Made by a program: the position numbers and the translations under genes. The notes beneath the pieces are model-generated. The model had not been told where the DNA came from, searched no databases, and saw nothing but the letters and a program-made list of their open reading frames with translations. A stretch of DNA of 62,538 bases, the filler included, from Nemertoderma westbladi (lineage: Eukaryota > Animalia > Xenacoelomorpha): NCBI GenBank assembly GCA_032718475.1. It is 3 parts of 3 records of this genome, joined end to end, with 100 filler letters (N's around TTAATTAATTAA, not from the genome) between each part and the next. Parts side by side here need not be neighbours in the genome. Positions count along the whole stretch, not along the records: positions 42,974 to 62,538 come from JAUCBJ010000899.1; 2 more parts are not named here. One strand, written 5' to 3'. How positions within the stretch are numbered: position 1 is the first letter of the stretch; each line of letters opens with the position of its first letter. Below, piece by piece: positions 55,416 through 62,538 of this stretch.

Positions 55416-55981
55416 ATGGTTACACCTAGCGAGCACTTTATAAACGCATTAAAGGTTTGGTACAGTATATCACGTCAATATTTGGTGTAGAAAAAAATTT
55501 GCTTCATAAGTGTTTATAATTATATATAACATGCTTCACTAAATTGGCCGTAAATTCTGATTTAAGAAATGGTCCAATTAAACTCTCTGAAAATTTAAAA
55601 CTAGAATTGGAATGTACTTTCCCACAAAAACCACCTATATAGTAAAACTAGGCCGTACGAACTAACTAACTACTAAAATTCGTAAACGAATTACTAAAAC
55701 TAAAAGTAAACTTACTAAGAAAACTTTTATTAAAAATCCGGAAAAAACATGGGTTTAGAATATTTATAAACTAATTTATGTAACCTATACACCTGTACAT
55801 ATTAATCCGATATGCTGTTTAAATTATCATTTATTCATTATTTGATCGATTAATAATTTTTTTTAAAGAAATTCGGAAATTCTGATGGCAACCAGAGGAG
55901 TAAAATCAAATCAAGTTAAACCAGTTGTGGTAATGGGAGTGGTGCTACGGGTGTATATTCAGACAAACACAAATAACAAAT

Positions 55982-56192
55982 ATACTGCGGCTGAAAGCGG
56001 CAAAAATAATTCACTACTTTTTAATTTTTATTTTATCAACATTTTTTCCCTTGAGTTTCAACCCGGGTTGATATTAATTTCAACCCGGGTTGATATTAAT
56101 TTCAACCCGGGTTGAAATTCAAGAAAATAATGTTGATCAAAATAAAAATTACAAAAGTAGTGAATTATTTTGGCCGCTTTCAGCCACCGTAT
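55982..56192. repeat. Palindromic MITE-like element with three central 22-bp self-palindromic units
   Basis: GGCTGAAAGCGGC...ATAATTCACTACTTTT / AAAAGTAGTGAATTAT...GCCGCTTTCAGCC around (TTTCAACCCGGGTTGATATTAA)x3. Confidence 0.85.
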
Positions 56193-56772
56193 TATTAATT
56201 AATTAATTATTAATTAATAGCAACAATCGTGTTAGTGCATGCATGCAGTGTATTATGCATTATATGATTTACTTACAAGGTAATTCGTTTGTTTCTTCCC
56301 AATTTCGTCATTTGGCTGCAATAATGTTATTGATGAAGGTGATTCAAACATAAGATTAATCGAAAACTCAAGACTCACAATAAAATTTGAGTACACCAAA
56401 CGCCCTTACAAACTCACACACACATACCAAACAAATCTTAGGTAATCTGTCAATGAAAATGAAATTGCGGAACACCGGCTACTCGAAAAGGCTCTTCTGT
56501 CTTGGCTGTTACCTATAGGGCAGGGATGGCGACACATTAACTCCCACGGATGAAAACTCCGGGTTTGCAAAAGAACTTCCGTCTCAAGTTCTGGGTCACA
56601 ATGGTGGATGCTAAATTTCTACAGCCTTTTCTTGTAGTTGAACCTGCACTACAAACCCCTTAGTGTGAAAAGCAGCGAAAGCGGTGTATCCACTCAATCA
56701 TTGGGATGAATAATTCGACGAAACAAAGATGAAACATACAGTTGAATCGCTTGCAATATGTTCCCTACAATC

Positions 56773-57600
56773 ATACACCATACATATACCATACACCATA
56801 CATATACCATACACCATACATATCATACACCATACATATACCATACACCATACATATACCATACACCATACATATCATACACCATACATATACCATACAC
56901 CATACATATACCATACACCATACATATACCATACACCATACATATACCATACACCATACATATACAATACACCATACATATACCATACACCATACATATA
57001 CCATACACCATACATATACCATACACCATACATATACCATACACCATACATATACCATACACCATACATATACCATACACCATACATATACCATACACCA
57101 TACATATACCATACGCATACCATACACCATACACATACCATACACCATACACCATACACCATACACATACCATACACCATGCACATACCATACACCATAC
57201 ACCATACATATACCATACACCATACATACACCATACATATACATTACACCATACATATACCATACACCATACATATACCATACACCATACATATAACATA
57301 CACCATACACCATACACCATACACATACCATACACCATACACATACCATACACCATACACATACCATACACCATGCACATACCATACACCATACATATAC
57401 CATACACCATACATACACCATACATATACATTACACCATACATATACCATACACCATACATACATCATACATATACCATAATCCATACATATACCATACA
57501 CCTTACATATACCATACACCATACATATACCATACACCATACATATACCATACACCATACATATACCATACACCATACACCATACATATACCATACACCT
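56773..57600. repeat. 18-bp low-complexity repeat (CCATACACCATACATATA)n
   Basis: Direct reading. Confidence 0.97.
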
Positions 57601-58350
57601 ACAACCATACAATGCGCATATACAAAATTAATGATATACAAGATGATAATTCTCAAACACGCAACAATTTCCATCCACGTATATATAAAAGATTACCCAT
57701 AAAAATTTCTTTCATAAGTCACTTACACACAGAATGAGTATGACATGAATCATACAAAAATGAGTCCGGCAAATAACATAAGTTGATGATTGTTGCTATG
57801 GTGATGATTGTTGCTATTTATTCAACTCAACACAAACAATGACGAATTCATGAGGAATAAGCGAATGACAATAATGATAAAAGCAAATGTCAACAAACCA
57901 ACTAGGAGATCATGATTATATATCTCGTTAAATTATTTTCAAACAATGCAATTTAAAACTTCATTATCTTATATTGTATTAAAGTTACATGCAATTAAAT
58001 TATGAGTGTCTGTGGACGTCTATGCATGGTGTAATGTCTCGCCTACAAAACCTTTGAAACTATATTAAAATTTGACAGGTATTAATTACTGAATAAATTA
58101 TAGGTTTGAAACTAATAATAACTTTGTTTTGTTATTATTTAATAAAATAATGAAGAATAATTATTATCTGCTTAGAAATAATATTGAAATTATTTCCAAA
58201 CTCTGTTTCGTGCCATGATGGCATGGCTGTAAACATGAAATACATAAAACTTGGACTTTTTAAGTTTCCAGTTTTAATAAATTCAACACTTTTGATTTAT
58301 ATAATTCTATTTTTTCCTTACTTATAATAAGTTCACGAAGAATAACTCAC

Positions 58351-58538
58351 CAACTGTCTCCTCGCTTTCTTTCTCCTCAGCATCACGTGTATAGCGGTAT
58401 TGTACTTAGCTCTCAACCCGTCGCCTATCTCTGTGAAGGGTCTCAACTCTTTCCAACATGTTTTTGTGGTGCAACCGTTCCCAGATATTCCATGACACTT
58501 ACACTTCCTTATTAGATTGTGTTCGATAGCCGTTCTTC
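58351..58538 (-). CDS. Wnt: Wnt ligand, exon with the lipidation hairpin (upstream exons not found in window)
   Basis: ttacag| phase 1: GRTAIEHNLIRKCKCHGISGNGCTTKTCWKELRPFTEIGDGLRAKY...RRQL |gtgagt phase 0. Subfamily not assigned. Confidence 0.95.
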
Positions 58539-58639
58539 CTGTAAAAAATATTAGTAGTAGGGTCTTGGGCGGCTCGGCGACAGTTGGAATATTCCAATGG
58601 AAAACTATCAGTTTATTAGTTAGTATGTATGACATTACT

Positions 58640-59492
58640 GTATTACGGATCGACCACTCTGACTCTAACTGGACAACAAAATGTCCAATTCTTATTCCGA
58701 GTTTACAGAGTTACTTATTCTCGAAACCCACAGTCGATTCTTAGACTGTGGCCTTCAAGAAAAGGTTTTTTGAATCCCACATATACGACAGTGTGTCAAT
58801 TCAATACCATGTTTATGTGTTTCTTGTCGCCGCGTCCATGGTCGACCATACACAACTCCACCAGAACCCCAACTTCCTCCATTTCGAGTAAGGACGGCCA
58901 ATCCCTTTCAATTATCTGAGTTCAATGAATTATATCCGACATTTATTCGTTAAAGAGAACGATTTGATAGCTTTATTCACTTGTATTGCCTCACGAGCCC
59001 TTCACTTAGAAGTCGTTTACGATAACATAGCAACATAGCACTGGGGTGATTTATTGGACTCAACTTATTAGTGGTAACGCTTTCACCTTCGTTTCTGCTG
59101 ATCTTAATTTGCAATAACTACAATTTGATCCGTCCCATCGTAGCTACTTACGCTAGGCGTTTCATACCTCCATCCAGTCCGAGGATGGGAGGTACATGGG
59201 AACGAGTCGAGAAGATGACTAAGTTAACAGTAAAGAAAGCTTTAGGGAAATCTTTAGACTCTATTGACCAACTACAGTACGTACAATAGTAGTAGAGATA
59301 ACGAAACGATCGGCCTTTGACCAGACCTACATGAGTTCAGAACCGGGTGATACCGGTATACAACACCCGCTAACACCCTCTCAATTACTTTAACACCCCC
59401 TCAATTACTTTATGCGGATGAATACTAAACGGTTTGATTAATAACATTTGGCGTAGTTGGTACCGGGAGTATCCATTAGCATTACGTGAAAG
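58640..59492 (+). mobile_element. BEL/Pao LTR-retrotransposon integrase relic
   Basis: IALFTCIASRALHLEVV, FIPPSSPRMGGTWER, NDRPLT, PLTPSQLL, WRSWYREY..ALRE. Confidence 0.82.
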
Positions 59493-59493
59493 A

Positions 59494-61590
59494 ACCCTTC
59501 CACTCTGTTTCCCCAAAGGAATGCCTGTTCACCACCATGGGTGATCTTCCACAGTAAACCCTTCCACTATGTTTCCTAAAGGAATGCCTGTTCACCACCA
59601 TGGGTGATCTTCCACAGTTAATCCTTCTACTCTGTTTCCTAAAGGAATGCCTTTTCACCCATGGGTGATCTTCCACAGTAAACCTTTTCACTCTGTTTCC
59701 TAAAGGAATACCTGTTCACCACCATGGGTGATCTTACTCAGTAAACCCTTCCACTCTTTTTCCTAAAGGAATGCATGTTCTCCACCATGGGTGATCTTCC
59801 AAAGTAAACCCTTCCACTCTGTTTCCTAAAGGAATACCTGTTCACAACGATGGGTGATCTTCCACAGTAAACCCTTCCACTCTGTTTCCTAAAGGAATGC
59901 CTGTTCACCACCATGAGTGATCTTTCACAGTAAACCCTCCACTCTGTTTCCTAAAGGAATGCCTGCTCACCACCATGGTTGATCTTCCACAGTAAACCCT
60001 TCTACTCTGTTTCTTAAAGGAATGCCTGTTCACCACCATGAGTGATCTTTCACAGTAAACCCTCCACTCTGTTTCCTAAAGGAATGCCTGCTCACCACCA
60101 TGGGTGATCTTCCACAGTAAACCCTTCCACTCTGTTTCCTAAAGGAATGCCTGTTCACCACCATGAGTGATCTTTCACAGTAAACCCTCCACTCTGTTTC
60201 CTAAAGGAATGCCTGCTCACCACCATGGGTGATCTTCCACAGTAAACCCTTCCACTCTGTTTCCTAAAGGAATGCCTGTTCACCACCATGGGTGATCTTC
60301 CACAGTTAATCCTTCTACTCTGTTTCCTAAAGGAATCCCTGTTCACCACCATGAGTGATCTTCCACAGTAAACCCTTCCACTCTGTTTCCTAAAGGAATG
60401 CCTTTTCACCCATGGGTGATCTTCCACAGTAAACCTTTTCACTCTGTTTCCTAAAGGAATACCTGTTCACCACCATGGGTGATCTTACTCAGTAAACCCT
60501 TCCACTCTTTTTCCTAAAGGAATGCATGTTCTCCACCATGGGTGATCTTCCAAAGTAAACCCTTCCACTCTGTTTCCTAAAGGAATACCTGTTCACAACG
60601 ATGGGTGATCTTCCACAGTAAACCCTTCCACTCTGTTTCCTAAAGGAATGCCTGTTCACCACCATGAGTGATCTTTCACAGTAAACCCTCCACTCTGTTT
60701 CCTAAAGGAATGCCTGCTCACCACCATGGTTGATCTTCCACAGTAAACCCTTCCACTCTTTTTCCTAAAGGAATGCATGTTCTCCACCATGGGTGATCTT
60801 CCAAAGTAAACCCTTCCACTCTGTTTCCTAAAGGAATACCTGTTCACAACGATGGGTGATCTTCCACAGTAAACCCTTCCACTCTGTTTCCTAAAGGAAT
60901 GCCTGTTCACCACCATGAGTGATCTTTCACAGTAAACCCTCCACTCTGTTTCCTAAAGGAATGCCTGTTCACCACCATGAGTGATCTTTCACAGTAAACC
61001 CTCCACTCTGTTTCCTAAAGGAATGCCTGCTCACCACCATGGTTGATCTTCCACAGTAAACCCTTCTACTCTGTTTCCTAAATGAATGCCTGTTCACCAC
61101 CATGAGTGATCTTCCACAGTAAACCCTTCCACTCTGTTTCCTAAAGGAATGCCTTTTCACCCATGGGTGATCTTCCACAGTAAACCTTTTCACTCTGTTT
61201 CCTAAAGGAATACCTGTTCACCACCATGGGTGATCTTACTCAGTAAACCCTTCCACTCTTTTTCCTAAAGGAATGCATGTTCTCCACCATGGGTGATCTT
61301 CCAAAGTAAACCCTTCCACTCTGTTTCCTAAAGGAATACCTGTTCACAACGATGGGTGATCTTCCACAGTAAACCCTTCCACTCTGTTTCCTAAAGGAAT
61401 GCCTGTTCACCACCATGAGTGATCTTCCACAGTAAACCCTTCCACTATGTTTCCTAAAGGAATGCATGCTCTCCACCATGGGTGATCTTCCAAAGTAAAC
61501 CCTTCCACTCTGTCTCCTAAAGGAATGCATGTTCTCCACCATGGGTGATCTTCCAAAGTAAACCCTTCCACTCTGTTTCCTAAAGGAATA
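59494..61590 (-). repeat. 63-bp satellite, ~33 units, same unit as the SINE tail
   Basis: CTTCCACTCTGTTTCCTAAAGGAATGCCTGTTCACCACCATGGGTGATCTTCCACAGTAAACC; no SINE head seen at either end. Confidence 0.97.
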
Positions 61591-62538
61591 CATGCCATCT
61601 TCACCACCAGGTTTTTAGGAAACTATCTGTTTTACAAACTAGCTAATGTCATATTGATGATATTTATTTGGCAATATATATATTTGTCATAAGCCGCAGG
61701 TTATTATCTTCACACAGACGAAATTCAATAAATGAATTAGTTTAGCCATTTATATGATTGAAAAGTTAAAAGATAATTTCTGTTCTCAGTTCCACAATCA
61801 AATTGCAACAACAACTATTTTAAGAAATTTTTATATTTTTTTCTCTAGAATCAAAAATTTATAGTCCAATTAGATGTATATATTACAAGACTATTTTCCC
61901 TCCTATTAATTTGAATCACTATTGAGCCGTGTTACTTTGCTAGACAATATAAAAAGTGATATAAAAATGTCGTACATTTTTTGTGCGACCAGCCGTGCTG
62001 TCTGGCTAGAGTCTAGGCGTAGTTATTTGGTGAAATTTATTCCGTATCACCGACTTTTATTCCAAGAGGAATGTAATAGGCCTGTGTAAAAAGTCATTAC
62101 CTCAGGGCGTTTTGGACACTATCCATTTCCCATTGAATCAATCATTTATTATCTGTATAATTTGGTACTTCCCTAAACTCTATGTGGTTGTTGTTTCAAG
62201 GTGGCCTCTACTTAAACTAACTGTATCAGAAATAATTGCGCCGTGGGAAATATTGTTCCTTTGGTTATTGAGATTGTGAATGACGTATATCCAAATAAAA
62301 TGAAACCAGAGAGACCTTCGCGCAGCACGTAAGGTTTTTTGAAAATAAACAGATGCGAGCAACATTTGAAATGATATAAAACAATCAGTGAATTTAAAAA
62401 GAATTTAATAAAAATCGAATTGATTTTATATGTTTTAACATCCATAAATTGTATAAATTATTAAGTAATCAGATGTGATCGGGTTCGATCCCCGCTTGTG
62501 GTGGCGAATTCATTTCTTCCGCTCCATTTGCTATAGAG

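Noticed and set aside
62180-62365. Possible upstream Wnt exon (HNLNN)
   Set aside because: No WxWGGC or MNLHNNxAG pattern and no suitable donor; upstream exons probably lie beyond the window.
62478-62510. GGTTCGATCCC B box near the window end
   Set aside because: No A box or cloverleaf; probably a SINE scrap, too short to call.

Overview
Repeat-rich, AT-rich animal (invertebrate-like) nuclear DNA in three contigs joined by two artificial 100-bp spacers (28296-28395, 42874-42973). Host genes: an intronless, somewhat divergent beta-tubulin (2025-3359,+); the two 3' exons of MCM5 (5508-7067, 11437-11706,+); an intronless MOB2 (21923-22936,-); the last three exons of a Wnt gene (58351-58538, 50384-50608, 43753-43854,-); and a three-exon four-TM LAPTM/DUF4728-like gene (45904-49533,+) nested antisense in the last Wnt intron. 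The remainder is decayed LINEs (RTE-, CR1-, L2-, RTEX-like), tRNA-derived SINEs, MITEs, hAT-like, Merlin and BEL/Pao relics, and large minisatellites. Main observations: (1) an intact minimal type I hammerhead ribozyme in sense orientation 100 nt before the last exon of the nested gene; (2) a 2.5-kb satellite whose 31-bp unit is the GVPQGSVL motif of the LINE reverse transcriptase it interrupts; (3) beta-tubulin bracketed by inverted arrays of one 31-bp satellite and apparently inside an MCM5 intron; (4) a SINE whose 63-bp tail unit has expanded into a satellite; (5) a one-residue insertion in the Wnt lipidation hairpin. Everything was read by eye; copy numbers are length/unit estimates and TE boundaries are approximate.
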